DNA of 64,000 nucleotides from Bacteroidales bacterium (GCA_038248855.1 JBBRXA010000008.1:2982-66981); one strand, 5' to 3'; shown: positions 19,210 through 29,970, counted from the first letter of the stretch. Translations and numbers: made by a program. Notes: generated from the sequence alone by a model not told the origin.

Positions 19210-20154
19210 TCATAAAAATCTTATACTTTTATATTTAGCCGAGCTTTTACCAAGGCCGATGTCAAAACAATAGGAAACCATGAATTCATGGGACCCACTG
19301 GTTCCTTTCCTGATTTCCGAAATTGGGAAATCATACCCATATCCTATCTTCAGACCGTTGTACAATTCAGTGCCTGCAAATCCGGTAAAAGCATCTCCGG
19401 CTCTGTAAGAAACGCCGCTCCATACTTTTTTATTGTACCGGACAGTCCCGGTTGCTATATATTGTGTTGCTGCCCCATCATTTACAACGAACACCGAGGG
19501 GGTGACCTCGAGAGCCGGATTGGGCAGCTGGAACGTATATCCTGCCGTCAGGTAGTATTGCCTGCTGACATAAGTAGCTGTCTCGGCATATTTTATTTTA
19601 GGCTGGTTAATATGAGTGACAGACAAACCGGCATAATAATTTAGGCCCTGGTAGAAAAGGCCAAGGGAAAAATCAACAGCCACGAAGCTTTCGTCATTTT
19701 CAGGAATGAGCGGGTCTCCGGCCGGCGGAACATGTGATGTTCCTGAAGGGATAAACCATTCCGGTGCCAGTGTCTTATTCAGAACACCGGCGCTGAATCC
19801 CGCTCCAAGTGTGCCGTTACCCAGCGGAGCAAGGTATGAATATGAAAGACTGAGATTGATGTCATTGCTGAATCCGTACTTGTCAGCTTCAACGAGCAGA
19901 CCGGCTCCGCTGCTTAAACCGAACAGTGAAAACGGGGTGTTGATGTTGAAGATCATTGTTGAGGGTGCCCCCGGAAATCCGACCCACTGCTGCCGTGTGA
20001 TGGCTGTTGCGCACATGAGGCCGCTGATGCCTGAAAAACCAGGGTTAAAAGTCTGGGTATTAAACATATAATAGCTTAAAACAGGGTCCTGCTGACCGGT
20101 AATCATGCCTGCCGAGAGTAGTATTGCCAGGATGACTGTTTTGACTTTCTTCAT
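19210..20154 (-). CDS. porP: PorP/SprF family T9SS outer-membrane protein
   Basis: QQDP..SYYMFN...FNPGFSG, RQQWVGFPGAP and GYGYD...GSHEFMVSY; directly upstream of gldK. Confidence 0.9.
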   Translation of the reverse strand: MKKVKTVILAILLSAGMITGQQDPVLSYYMFNTQTFNPGFSGISGLMCATAITRQQWVGFPGAPSTMIFNINTPFSLFGLSSGAGLLVEADKYGFSNDINLSLSYSYLAPLGNGTLGAGFSAGVLNKTLAPEWFIPSGTSHVPPAGDPLIPENDESFVAVDFSLGLFYQGLNYYAGLSVTHINQPKIKYAETATYVSRQYYLTAGYTFQLPNPALEVTPSVFVVNDGAATQYIATGTVRYNKKVWSGVSYRAGDAFTGFAGTELYNGLKIGYGYDFPISEIRKGTSGSHEFMVSYCFDIGLGKSSAKYKSIRFL

Positions 20155-20243
20155 TTTCAATTCTCAAAAAGTGCTCTGCACCCAGAAAAATAACGAGTAA
20201 AATAAATAAAAAATATGCACGCCACCAAATAAAAGGTGTTTTT

Positions 20244-21413
20244 TTAGTGTCCGTAACGAAGCATTGCTTTTGTCCATCTGTCGGGTACCTGGTCTCTGCT
20301 GGCCATCATATAGTCTTCAAAAGAGCAGGCAAGATAATGCGGTTCATTCTCCGGGTCACGGATTTCGATCCACCATCTTTCTGTGATATTGCTCTTTATA
20401 AAAATCGCTTCCCCTTCAAGATCCGTGAGGGTCACGTGATACCTGATAAACCTGTTGCTCTGCTGGTCGCTGAGATATGTAATTTCATACTGTTTCTGTG
20501 AGAACCCTTCGAGGAAGAACCAGATCATCTGGGCTGCCAGGTGGGAGGTCTGGAAATGATGATCGAAGTTGGGATTGACTTCAAAAAGCCCGAATACCCT
20601 GAGATTGTCAGACAGCCCTGCATACCTGGCAAGGAGGCAAATTTCCTCGCCGTAGAAGCCGTTAGCCGAAGGCAGCACTGTGCCCGGGGCGTCAGACTGT
20701 CTTACTGAACCGATATCAAAAATGGCGGCAGAGGCGTCACGGAACAGAGGCTCGGTCTCATGTATTGCAGCACGCACCTCGCCTATTCGTAAAAGGTCAT
20801 AATGTCTGCGGTTGAAACGGTTGATCACCTGCTGATCAGTAAGGTAAGTCTGATATCCGATTGCTGCGAGATGGGCCATCCGTGAACCGCTGCGGTAGAT
20901 AACGTCATTCATCCAGTTAAACGAGTCGGCCTCTCTTTTCTCCGCCGTAAAGTCGAGTCTCGAATCGACCGAGACCAGTGACCAGGGTTGTTTCAGGGCG
21001 GACAGGCACTTTTCAACGGCCGGTATAAGTGCACTTGTACCTCCGAGGATAACAGGCAGGATATCCTGTTCACACAGCTGCGTCAAAACATCACGCAGTC
21101 CGGCAAGTGTGTCTTCAAAACCGGTTCCCGGCCTCAGGTTGCCAAGGTCAGCTATCTTCATCTTACCCGGAAGGCGTGAGAAGGAGTACAGACTCTTCCT
21201 GATCGTATCCGGCGCGTGGGCAGAGCCCTCATTCATCGATGCCCTGTCATCAGGCACACCTATAAATACTACCGAAAAGCCTGATATGTCCCCGATAGGT
21301 TCGTTGCCCGTATTTACATATATATTATGCGAGAAACCTGCCGCACCCCTTATGTGCGATATTTCAGGCCTGTCGAGGCAAACGGGATCAAAATACTGGT
21401 TCAGGTCAATCAT
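20244..21413 (-). CDS. Arginase/formimidoylglutamase-fold protein with degenerate metal site
   Basis: GVPDDR..APDTIR, IADLGNL, DAPG and FEVNP; metal motifs altered (GGTS, DSRLD, FDIG). Confidence 0.8.
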   Translation of the reverse strand: MIDLNQYFDPVCLDRPEISHIRGAAGFSHNIYVNTGNEPIGDISGFSVVFIGVPDDRASMNEGSAHAPDTIRKSLYSFSRLPGKMKIADLGNLRPGTGFEDTLAGLRDVLTQLCEQDILPVILGGTSALIPAVEKCLSALKQPWSLVSVDSRLDFTAEKREADSFNWMNDVIYRSGSRMAHLAAIGYQTYLTDQQVINRFNRRHYDLLRIGEVRAAIHETEPLFRDASAAIFDIGSVRQSDAPGTVLPSANGFYGEEICLLARYAGLSDNLRVFGLFEVNPNFDHHFQTSHLAAQMIWFFLEGFSQKQYEITYLSDQQSNRFIRYHVTLTDLEGEAIFIKSNITERWWIEIRDPENEPHYLACSFEDYMMASRDQVPDRWTKAMLRYGH

Positions 21414-21425
21414 ATCTGTTTACTG

Positions 21426-23744
21426 TCACTTCTTTCTTGTCTTTTTCACGGGTTTTTTTGCACCGCTCTTTTCAATGATTGCAAGGCACTCATCTTTGGT
21501 TAGCTTTGCAGGGTCAGTGCCTTTTGGTATTCTGTAGTTGTTCTTATCCCTTGTAATATACGGTCCGTACCGGCCATTCAGCACCTGGACATCATCGAAG
21601 TCGCTGATGACTTTCTTCTGATCGCCGTCTCTCTTTTCCGCGATTAGTTCGGTTGCCCTTTCCTCACTGATCGTATAGGGATCATCGACGCCTTTCTTCA
21701 GTGAGTAGAATTTTGAATTATGCCTGACATACGGCCCGAACTTACCCACGCCGACTGTCATTTCGCTTCCCTCGAAGGTGCCGACAGTTCTGGGCAGGTC
21801 AAAAAGGGTGACGGCTTCATCAAGGGTGATTGTCTCCATCAGCTGGTCACGCCGCAGGTTGGCAAAACGCGGTTTCTTATCGGGGGAGGCTTCACCCAGC
21901 TGTACCACCGGGCCGTATTTGCTCATCTTTACCATCACCGGCAGACCTGTTGCCGGGTCATTGCCAAGCTGCCGTGCACCGGTCATCCTCTCCCTGCTTT
22001 CCAGGGAGGCCTCAACTGATTTATGGAAGGGGCCGTAGAACCCTGAAATCATCTTATCCCAGACGATCTCACCGGCAGCGATCTCATCAAACTCTTTCTC
22101 CACACCGGCAGTGAAATTGTAATCCAGGATGTCAGGGAAATTTGCTATCAGGAAGTCGTTGACGATAATACCTATATCTTTAGGAAAGAGTTTGGACTTC
22201 TCTCTTCCGGTTACCTCGGTCTTCACCGAGCGGGCTATTTTCCCTTTTGCCAGGGTAAGCAATATTACTGTACGGTTCTCACCGGCCCTGTCTTCCCTGG
22301 CCACATATCCTCTTGTCTGTATTGTGGAGATTGTGGGAGCGTAGGTAGACGGTCTTCCTATGCCGAGTTCCTCGAGTTTCTTGACGAGGCTGGCTTCAGT
22401 ATATCTGGGCGGCGGCGAAGTAAAGCGCTGTATGGCGATGATGCTCTCGCCGGCAAGGGGCATTCCTTTGACCACCCTCGGAAGAATCGGCTTTTCATCA
22501 TCGTGGCCGTTATTGTCATAAGACTCGGTATAAACTCTCAGGAAACCGTCAAAGAGTATCACCTCTCCTGATGCCATGAAGGTGGCAGGGGATACTGACA
22601 TACCTATTGTAATTGTTGTTTTTTCCAGTTCGGCGTCAGCCATCTGGGATGCTATGGCTCTTCTCCAGATGAGCTCATAGAGTCTTTTCTCGTTATTGTT
22701 GCCGGGAACCTCTTTTTTGTCGAAGTAAGCAGGCCTGATGGCCTCGTGAGCTTCCTGAGCTCCCTTTGTATGGGTCTTGAACTGACGTGTGCGTGAATAT
22801 TTACTGCCGTATTCTGCTGTCACCACTTCTCTGGCGGCACCTAATGCCAGCGTTGAGAGGTTGGTCGAGTCAGTTCTCATATATGTTATTTTCCCTGCTT
22901 CATAGAGCTTCTGCGCCACTGACATTGTCTGCGCCACTGAGAACCCCAGCTTACGGTAGGCCTCCTGCTGCAATGTGGAAGTGGTGAAGGGCGGCGCAGG
23001 TGATCTGGTCCCTGGTTTGACTGTTATATTCTCAACGGCAAATGTTGCGGCAGCGCACAACTCAAGAAAGGCTTTGGCTTCCGGTTCGGCGCCGAATTTC
23101 TTGGGACATTCAGCTTTCAGGTTTACCTCCTGGCCCTCCTCATTGGTACCCTGGAAGAGGCCAGTAACCCTGAATGCCGAGTCTGATACGAAGTTTATTA
23201 TCTCACGTTCGCGGTCAACCAGCAGACGAACAGCCACAGACTGGACTCTGCCCGCAGAAAGGGAGGGCTGCACCTTTTTCCACAGGACCGGCGATATTTC
23301 AAAACCCACAAGTCTGTCAAGCATTCTCCGGGCCTGCTGGGCGTTGACAAGATTCATGTCTACCTGACGGGGAGACTTAACGGCGTTGGTGATGGCGTCT
23401 TTTGTGATCTCATGGAAGACTATGCGGCGCGTGACAGAAGGATCAAGACCAAGGACTGCCACCAGGTGCCAGGCTATTGCTTCTCCTTCACGGTCCTCAT
23501 CGGATGCTATCCAGACCGTTTTAGCCTGGGAGGAAAGCTTGCGCAGCTCGGCAACAACTTTTTGTTTGTCGGCAGGCACTTCGTATACCGGCTTGAATCC
23601 CTTATCAATCTCAATACCCAGTTTATTTTTAGAAAGGTCGCGAATATGGCCGAAACTTGAAACAACAGTAAAATCCTTACCAAGGAACTTTTCAATGGTT
23701 TTCGCCTTTGCAGGAGACTCAACAATTACAAGGTTTTCTGTCAT
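21426..23744 (-). CDS. topA: DNA topoisomerase I
   Basis: NLVIVESPAKAKTI, DEDREGEAIAWH, SAGRVQS, ITYMRTDS and LGIGRPSTY. Start set at ATG 23744. Confidence 0.98.
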   Translation of the reverse strand: MTENLVIVESPAKAKTIEKFLGKDFTVVSSFGHIRDLSKNKLGIEIDKGFKPVYEVPADKQKVVAELRKLSSQAKTVWIASDEDREGEAIAWHLVAVLGLDPSVTRRIVFHEITKDAITNAVKSPRQVDMNLVNAQQARRMLDRLVGFEISPVLWKKVQPSLSAGRVQSVAVRLLVDREREIINFVSDSAFRVTGLFQGTNEEGQEVNLKAECPKKFGAEPEAKAFLELCAAATFAVENITVKPGTRSPAPPFTTSTLQQEAYRKLGFSVAQTMSVAQKLYEAGKITYMRTDSTNLSTLALGAAREVVTAEYGSKYSRTRQFKTHTKGAQEAHEAIRPAYFDKKEVPGNNNEKRLYELIWRRAIASQMADAELEKTTITIGMSVSPATFMASGEVILFDGFLRVYTESYDNNGHDDEKPILPRVVKGMPLAGESIIAIQRFTSPPPRYTEASLVKKLEELGIGRPSTYAPTISTIQTRGYVAREDRAGENRTVILLTLAKGKIARSVKTEVTGREKSKLFPKDIGIIVNDFLIANFPDILDYNFTAGVEKEFDEIAAGEIVWDKMISGFYGPFHKSVEASLESRERMTGARQLGNDPATGLPVMVKMSKYGPVVQLGEASPDKKPRFANLRRDQLMETITLDEAVTLFDLPRTVGTFEGSEMTVGVGKFGPYVRHNSKFYSLKKGVDDPYTISEERATELIAEKRDGDQKKVISDFDDVQVLNGRYGPYITRDKNNYRIPKGTDPAKLTKDECLAIIEKSGAKKPVKKTRKK

Positions 23745-23855
23745 CCGAATTTTTTTAAGACGGGGCAAAGTAAGTAATTATGGGCCCGATCTTCAAAATT
23801 ATTAGAAAAGATTCTTCAGAATACACTAAATTAGCACCCGGTTTATCAGTTAAAT

Positions 23856-26198
23856 ATGAGGGATAAAAAATTCCGTAAACAGACTGTCTGGTTCTGGGTG
23901 ATAATCACCGCACCCGTAGTTCTCCTGACCGCTCTCTTCATCCTTATCTCGGTGCAGAAACTCGGTCCCCTGCCGTCTTTCGAGGAGCTTGAAAACCCTG
24001 CCAGCAACCTTGCCGCCGAAGTCTATTCGGAAGACAATGTTCTACTCGGCAAGTTTTACATTCAGAACCGTACCTGGACAGATTACGAAGATATTTCACC
24101 CTACATGATCGATGCACTTATCGCCACTGAGGATATAAGATTTTACCGTCATTCAGGGATTGACATCCGCAGTCTGGCCAGGGTGATGGTAAAATCCATC
24201 ATTCTCCGGCAGGACAAAGGCGGCGGAAGCACCATCACTCAACAGCTTGCAAAGAACCTCTTTTTACCCAGGGATCTGTCAAACGACCCGGCTCTTATAC
24301 GAACGGCAAAGCTTTTTGTTGCAAAATTTAAGGAGTGGCAGACGGCGGTGAAGCTCGAGAAGAGCTATACGAAGGAAGAGATAATAACAATGTATCTCAA
24401 TGTCTTCGACTTTATATACAATGCAAACGGGATTCACTCGGCGGCAAGGGTTTATTTCAATACCACCCCCGATTCACTGAATATCGAACAGTCGGCAATG
24501 CTGGTAGGGATGCTGAAAAACTCTGTCCTGTATAATCCACTGCGAAACAGTGAAACCGCGTTTGCCAGGAGGAATATAGTCATAGGGCAGATGGAGCGCT
24601 ACGGGTATATTACAAGGGATGTCGCCGACTCGGTAAAGAAGCTGCCCGTCATCCTCGACCTGCAGCAGACAAGTCACAGTTCGGGTCTGGCAACCTATTT
24701 CAGGGAGTACCTTCGGACAACGATGATAAAATTCGAACCGGAGCGCAGCATGTTCTATTCTGATGATCAGTATAATGATGCGCTGTGGCTGTGGAATAAT
24801 GATCCACTTTACGGTTGGTGCCGCAAAAACCAGAAGCCTGACGGCAACAATTACAATCTCTACCGTGACGGACTGAGGATCTACACCACCCTGAACTCGA
24901 AGATGCAGGGATTTGCCGAGGCAGCTGTCGCCGAGCATCTCTCCAAAAACCTTCAGCCGGTTTTCAACAGGAAGGCCAAAACCAACCGGAACCCTCCCTA
25001 CTCAAACGACATCAGTGCCTCACAGGTCAAGCAGCTCATTGACAGGTCCGTGAAGCAGAGCGACAGGTATCGCAGAATGAAATCTGCAGGCGTTTCGGAA
25101 GACTCCATAGCTCTTTCTTTCAATACTCCGCTTCCGATGAAGGTCTTTTCATGGAAGGGGGAGCGCGATACGGTGATGACTCCGCTTGATTCAGTGAAGT
25201 ACTACAAGTTCTTTGTAAGGTCGTCATTTATGGCAATGAACCCGCATACCGGTCACGTAAAAGCGTATGTTGGCGGCCCTGATCTCCGTCATTTTCAGTA
25301 TGATGCTGTCACACAACAGAAAAAGCAGGTGGGGTCGACAATCAAGCCATTTCTTTATACACTGGCAATGCAGGACGGTTATTCTCCCTGCTTCGAGGTT
25401 GAAAATATTGCGCGCTCCTTCGAAATCGGGGATACGGTATGGACACCGCGAAGCTCAGGCCCCGAAGAGTATCACGGAAAGATGGTAACCCTGAAATGGG
25501 GGCTGGCGCAGTCCGAGAACTATATTTCCGCGTGGCTCATGAAACAGTTCTCCCCGGGAGCTGTAGTGGACCTGATGCACCGCATGGGTATCAGAAGCTT
25601 CATTGACCCTGTATTTTCAATATTCCTGGGCACATCCGATCTCACTCTTGAAGAGATGGTAGGCGCTTACAGCACCTTTGCAAACAACGGTGTTTATACA
25701 AGGCCGCTCTACGTTACCCGCATAGAAGACAGGAACGGGAATGTAATATCAACTTTCTCACCGTACATAGATGAGGTTATAAGTGACGAGGACGCTTATC
25801 TGATGATCAGCCTTCTGCAGGGGGTTGTCAATACAGGAACGGGAATGAGGCTCAGGGGCACATACAAGCTTACCAACCAGATGGGGGGCAAGACGGGTAC
25901 CACGCAGAACCACTCCAACGGATGGTATATGGGAATAACTCCGGATCTTGTTGCAGGAGTATGGACAGGCTGGGAGGATCAGGCCATCCACTTTGAGGAT
26001 CTTTCACTCGGGCAGGGGTCGAATATGGCGTTGCCGGTCTACGGACTGTTTCTTCAGAAGCTTTTTGCTGATCCTTCGCTTGGTTCCATGAAAGATGATC
26101 TGTTTGAGGCTCCGCCAAACTTCAGTGTCGACCTTGACTGTGGCAGGGTTAAATCGCAGGAGCAGAAGGGGAATCCCGCCAGGCAGAAGTATTACTGA
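23856..26198 (+). CDS. Class A penicillin-binding protein (PBP1A)
   Basis: Transglycosylase motifs ATEDIRFYRHSGID and GGSTITQQLAKNL; transpeptidase motifs GSTIKPF, SEN and KTGT. Confidence 0.95.
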   Translation: MRDKKFRKQTVWFWVIITAPVVLLTALFILISVQKLGPLPSFEELENPASNLAAEVYSEDNVLLGKFYIQNRTWTDYEDISPYMIDALIATEDIRFYRHSGIDIRSLARVMVKSIILRQDKGGGSTITQQLAKNLFLPRDLSNDPALIRTAKLFVAKFKEWQTAVKLEKSYTKEEIITMYLNVFDFIYNANGIHSAARVYFNTTPDSLNIEQSAMLVGMLKNSVLYNPLRNSETAFARRNIVIGQMERYGYITRDVADSVKKLPVILDLQQTSHSSGLATYFREYLRTTMIKFEPERSMFYSDDQYNDALWLWNNDPLYGWCRKNQKPDGNNYNLYRDGLRIYTTLNSKMQGFAEAAVAEHLSKNLQPVFNRKAKTNRNPPYSNDISASQVKQLIDRSVKQSDRYRRMKSAGVSEDSIALSFNTPLPMKVFSWKGERDTVMTPLDSVKYYKFFVRSSFMAMNPHTGHVKAYVGGPDLRHFQYDAVTQQKKQVGSTIKPFLYTLAMQDGYSPCFEVENIARSFEIGDTVWTPRSSGPEEYHGKMVTLKWGLAQSENYISAWLMKQFSPGAVVDLMHRMGIRSFIDPVFSIFLGTSDLTLEEMVGAYSTFANNGVYTRPLYVTRIEDRNGNVISTFSPYIDEVISDEDAYLMISLLQGVVNTGTGMRLRGTYKLTNQMGGKTGTTQNHSNGWYMGITPDLVAGVWTGWEDQAIHFEDLSLGQGSNMALPVYGLFLQKLFADPSLGSMKDDLFEAPPNFSVDLDCGRVKSQEQKGNPARQKYY

Positions 26199-27551
26199 TC
26201 AGGAAAAGAGAAGCTTTACAAGCCCCTCAATCTTATACACGGTCCGGATCTTCATTCCGGGCTGTTCCTTTATATTCCTGTTGTATCCGGAGACAACTAT
26301 CTGTTCGAAGCCCATGCGGGAAGCCTCGAGGATGCGCTGCTCGATTCTTGCCACCGGTCTTATCTCCCCGGAGAGCCCCACCTCTCCTGCGAATGCTGAC
26401 TGATGCCCGACCGGAGCGTCAAGATTTGAGGACATTACTGCGCTCACCACGGCGAGGTCTATTGCAGGGTCGCTTACTTTCAGTCCGCCTGCAATATTCA
26501 GGAATACATCTTTGATACCCAGGCGGAACCCCGCTCTTTTTTCAAGCACGGCAAGGAGCATATTGAGCCTGCGGGTGTCGAAGCCTGTGGAGCTGCGCTG
26601 CGGTGTACCGTATACGGCACTGCTGACCAGCGCCTGTGTCTCAATCATAAAGGGCCTTAATCCGTCGACGGTGGCGGCTATCGTAACACCGCTGGAGAGG
26701 TCACGGCCTTTGTTGATGAACAGGTCCGAAGGATCAGTGATCTCTCTAAGCCCGTCACCGGCCATCTCGAAGATACCTATCTCCGCTGTGGATCCGAAGC
26801 GGTTTTTTACTGGCCTCAGTATCCTGAAGACATAATTTCCGTCGCCCTCGAACTGCAGTACCACGTCAACGATATGCTCGAGGACCTTGGGCCCGGCCAG
26901 TGTGCCGTCTTTGGTGATATGTCCGATAAGAATAACAGGCACGCCTGATTCCTTAGCATAGCGAAGCATCATCGCGGCGCACTCCCTGACCTGGGAAACC
27001 GATCCTGCCGACGATTCAAGCAGTGAAGACCTGAGGGTCTGTATCGAATCGATGATTACTATTTCAGGGAGGATTACAGCAGCCTGGTTAATTACACTTT
27101 CCAGCTCAGTCTCATTGTATATGTAGCAATTCTTGTTTTTCCCCGGAAGTCTTCCTGCCCTGAGTTTCACCTGCCCCTCACTCTCTTCACCGGAGACGTA
27201 GAGCACCTTTTTGTCTTTCTGGGCAAGGGCAAGCTGGAGAGCAAGGGTTGATTTTCCTATCCCTGGTTCTCCACCCATAAGTATAAGTGAACCTTTCACC
27301 ATTCCCCCGCCGAGGATCCTGTCCATCTCCCCGATGCCAGTTGTAATACGGTCATTATCGCTAAATTCTATTCCCGACAGCAGTTCAGGTTTCCGGCGGG
27401 CGGCGCCGGGAACGGCAGCCTGGGAGGGAGAGACGGTGATGATCTCTTCGCGGTAGCTGTTCCATTCCTTGCAGGAGGGACAGTGACCGATCCATTTAGG
27501 AGACTCGGCGCCACAGTTCTGACAGATATAAACGGTTTTGTTTTTAGCCAT
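26199..27551 (-). CDS. radA: DNA repair protein RadA/Sms
   Basis: Zn finger CQNC...CPSC, GEPGIGKST, KNRFG and Lon-like C-terminus. Start set at ATG 27551. Confidence 0.97.
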   Translation of the reverse strand: MAKNKTVYICQNCGAESPKWIGHCPSCKEWNSYREEIITVSPSQAAVPGAARRKPELLSGIEFSDNDRITTGIGEMDRILGGGMVKGSLILMGGEPGIGKSTLALQLALAQKDKKVLYVSGEESEGQVKLRAGRLPGKNKNCYIYNETELESVINQAAVILPEIVIIDSIQTLRSSLLESSAGSVSQVRECAAMMLRYAKESGVPVILIGHITKDGTLAGPKVLEHIVDVVLQFEGDGNYVFRILRPVKNRFGSTAEIGIFEMAGDGLREITDPSDLFINKGRDLSSGVTIAATVDGLRPFMIETQALVSSAVYGTPQRSSTGFDTRRLNMLLAVLEKRAGFRLGIKDVFLNIAGGLKVSDPAIDLAVVSAVMSSNLDAPVGHQSAFAGEVGLSGEIRPVARIEQRILEASRMGFEQIVVSGYNRNIKEQPGMKIRTVYKIEGLVKLLFS

Positions 27552-27569
27552 GAGCAGGATAGTGAAAGA

Positions 27570-27577
27570 CAAATTTA
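27570..27577 (-). promoter_or_regulatory. -7 promoter box for radA
   Basis: TAAATTTG on the minus strand, 18 nt upstream of the ATG. Confidence 0.55.
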
Positions 27578-27594
27578 CGAAAAGAAGCGGAGTG

Positions 27595-28629
27595 TCACGC
27601 CTTGTTTTCTTCCGGAACAGGGAAGATAGAGCCGCTGTGGCGGCCGAAGAGGATATAGAGTGAGACGGCACCGAGGACGGCAACTACCAGGAGCTGTGAT
27701 TCATGAGAAAGTGTGGCGTAGGCGAGGCCTTCCTCGAGAGGGATTCCGTATGCCACCATAAGTCCCCGTGAGACTATCCAATGGTAAGCTCCTATGCCGC
27801 TCTGCACCGGAACGGCCATGCCGAAACTGCCGATCACAAGTATAAACATTGCACCGCTGATCCCTATGCCCGAAGTTGATTCAAGGCAGAACAGCGGCAG
27901 GAAGGTCATCAGGAAATATGCAGCCCACAAAAGCAACGTCAGAAAAATGAACTCCCATTTTCTTTTCAGCGACGCAATGGACTTAAGTCCGTGGATGATG
28001 CCGTCATTGAAAGAGTATATACGGCTGAAGAAAGGTTTCACGGAAAGCCGTTTTCTCAGCCCGAAGTAAAGCGCTATTGAGAGGGCTACGGAAAGAAGGA
28101 TCACAATAAAAAAAATACCTGATGACCCGAAGATTGAAGCTATCTTTTCACTCAACGGCCCGATGACACTGTCAGAAAGGAAAGAGCCCGTGTTGGCTGA
28201 CCCTGACAGCAGCAGGATTCCGAGAAGGAGAAGCACTGTAATGAAGTCAATTGTTCGTTCCAGGATCACTGTTCCCACGAGCCTGTCAAACGGCAATTTC
28301 TCTTTCCTGCTGAGGGCGGCGCATCGGGTCACCTCCCCTAGCCTCGGGAATATCATGTTGGCAAAGTAGCCGGTAAGAAGGGAGTGATACGTGTTTTTCA
28401 GGGAGGGGCTGAACCCCAGCGGCTCGATAAGGAGTTTCCACCGGCGTGCCCTGATCACAAAAGCGACAACGGAGACCAGCACTGCTGCTATCAGCCAGAT
28501 ATAATCGGCCTTTAGGAGAATTGCGCCAAGTTTGCGGAAATCAATGCCCCTGAAAGATACCCACAAAAGCAAAAGACCGGCAAGCAAAAACAGAATATTC
28601 CTGGAAGCCTTTTTGAGTTCCGGTTTCAA
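27595..28629 (-). CDS. Lysylphosphatidylglycerol-synthase-TM / flippase-like membrane protein
   Basis: Multi-TM; RARRWKLL, GYFAN..FPRLGEVTR, GTVILERTID and PVQSGIGAYH. Confidence 0.85.
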   Translation of the reverse strand: MKPELKKASRNILFLLAGLLLLWVSFRGIDFRKLGAILLKADYIWLIAAVLVSVVAFVIRARRWKLLIEPLGFSPSLKNTYHSLLTGYFANMIFPRLGEVTRCAALSRKEKLPFDRLVGTVILERTIDFITVLLLLGILLLSGSANTGSFLSDSVIGPLSEKIASIFGSSGIFFIVILLSVALSIALYFGLRKRLSVKPFFSRIYSFNDGIIHGLKSIASLKRKWEFIFLTLLLWAAYFLMTFLPLFCLESTSGIGISGAMFILVIGSFGMAVPVQSGIGAYHWIVSRGLMVAYGIPLEEGLAYATLSHESQLLVVAVLGAVSLYILFGRHSGSIFPVPEENKA

Positions 28630-28631
28630 GG

Positions 28632-28982
28632 TCAGATAAGTTTGTTCGTAGCTGTATCGGGGAATATGATAAGCGGTTTGAACCGTTTCGCCTCTTCAAA
28701 TTCCATTGAGGCGTAGCCCATAATTATAACCACGTCACCGATGGCAGTCCTTCTTGCAGCGGGTCCGTTAAGGCAGATCTCTCCTGATCCTCTTGCACCT
28801 TTGATCACATATGTTTCAAGCCTGTCACCGTTATTATGATTAACAACCTGGACCTTTTCATTTTCGATTATGCTGGCGGCGTCCATCAGGTCTTCATCGA
28901 TGGTCACGCTTCCCACATAGTTCAGGTTGGCGCCTGTAACAGTGACGTTATGAATTTTCGATTTGAGTACTTCTACAGTCAT
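28632..28982 (-). CDS. panD: Aspartate 1-decarboxylase
   Basis: [14 protein letters not shown] cleavage site, NG.RLETY and ICLNGPAAR. Confidence 0.97.
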   Translation of the reverse strand: MTVEVLKSKIHNVTVTGANLNYVGSVTIDEDLMDAASIIENEKVQVVNHNNGDRLETYVIKGARGSGEICLNGPAARRTAIGDVVIIMGYASMEFEEAKRFKPLIIFPDTATNKLI

Positions 28983-29012
28983 AATTTAACGGTGGATAAC
29001 CGGATTAGACTG

Positions 29013-29020
29013 CAAAGATA
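29013..29020 (-). promoter_or_regulatory. -7 promoter box for panD
   Basis: TATCTTTG(CA) on the minus strand in the panC-panD gap. Confidence 0.6.
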
Positions 29021-29033
29021 ATTAACCTTTTGT

Positions 29034-29891
29034 TTACCGCAATCTGAACTCCATGTTATCTATCAGTCTCACCTCCCCTGCAAAGAGAGCAATACATCCG
29101 AAATAGTGACCCTCCGGGGTGGCCTGTGTGCGAGACTCCGGCGGGGCAAGGGTGATGCTGTCAACTATCTCGAAATACTCGGTTCTGAATCCGGGTATTT
29201 TATCTATCTCACTGATTACGAAGTTTCTGATTTCAGTCAATTCCTGCTGCCGGGCCATTTCTGAGGCCGTTTTCAGGGTACTGAAGATCCTGCCGGCGTT
29301 GACACGGTGTTCCGGCAGCAGTCTCCGGTTGCGGCTGCTCATTGCAAGTCCGTCATCTTCACGGATAATTGGACAGGATATGATCTCTGTTTCCGGATAG
29401 TCACGTCTTGCAAGCTCTCTGACGATCGCCAGCTGCTGGAAATCCTTCTGACCGAAAAATGCGGCTGAAGGCTTTATGATATCAAACAGTCTGCTGACCA
29501 CCTGTGCAACACCGTTGAAGTGCCCCGGTCTGTGCAGTCCCTCCATAACATTTCCCAGCTGACCGAAATCAAAGACCCTGGTGTCAGGTTCAGGGTACAT
29601 TTCTTCCACAGACGGGGCAAATATGATATCGGTATGATCCAGCGCCCGTGAGAGCAGCAGCAGGTCCTCTTCAAGGGTACGCGGATATTTCAGCAGATCA
29701 TTCGGATCATTGAACTGGGTAGGGTTGACGAAGATGCTCACGGCAACTACAGGGCATTGCCTTTTTGCGGCTCCGGCAAGCGAGAGATGCCCCTCGTGCA
29801 ACGCTCCCATTGTCGGGACGAATCCCGGGCCGCTGATACCGTTTTCCTTGCAGTAGGCAGTGATTTCATTTTCTGTGGTGAAGACTTTCAT
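29034..29891 (-). CDS. panC: Pantoate--beta-alanine ligase
   Basis: GFVPTMGALHEGHLSL, SIFVNPTQF, FFGQKDFQQ, LAMSSRN and VRLIDN. Start set at ATG 29891. Confidence 0.97.
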   Translation of the reverse strand: MKVFTTENEITAYCKENGISGPGFVPTMGALHEGHLSLAGAAKRQCPVVAVSIFVNPTQFNDPNDLLKYPRTLEEDLLLLSRALDHTDIIFAPSVEEMYPEPDTRVFDFGQLGNVMEGLHRPGHFNGVAQVVSRLFDIIKPSAAFFGQKDFQQLAIVRELARRDYPETEIISCPIIREDDGLAMSSRNRRLLPEHRVNAGRIFSTLKTASEMARQQELTEIRNFVISEIDKIPGFRTEYFEIVDSITLAPPESRTQATPEGHYFGCIALFAGEVRLIDNMEFRLR

Positions 29892-29962
29892 TATGCAAAA
29901 TAACAGCATTTTGTCAGTAACCGGTTGTGCAAATGCTTGGAAAATAATTGTATTTTTTTTAT

Positions 29963-29970
29963 TATCTTTG
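29963..29970 (+). promoter_or_regulatory. -7 promoter box for the glgA-like/DUF4270/glmS operon
   Basis: TATCTTTG(CA) in the AT-rich divergent region. Confidence 0.65.

Noticed and set aside
14386-20154. Claim that the organism glides
   Set aside because: gldKLMN and gldH also occur in non-gliding Bacteroidales. Gliding-specific genes (sprB, gldB, gldD, gldJ) are not in this window.
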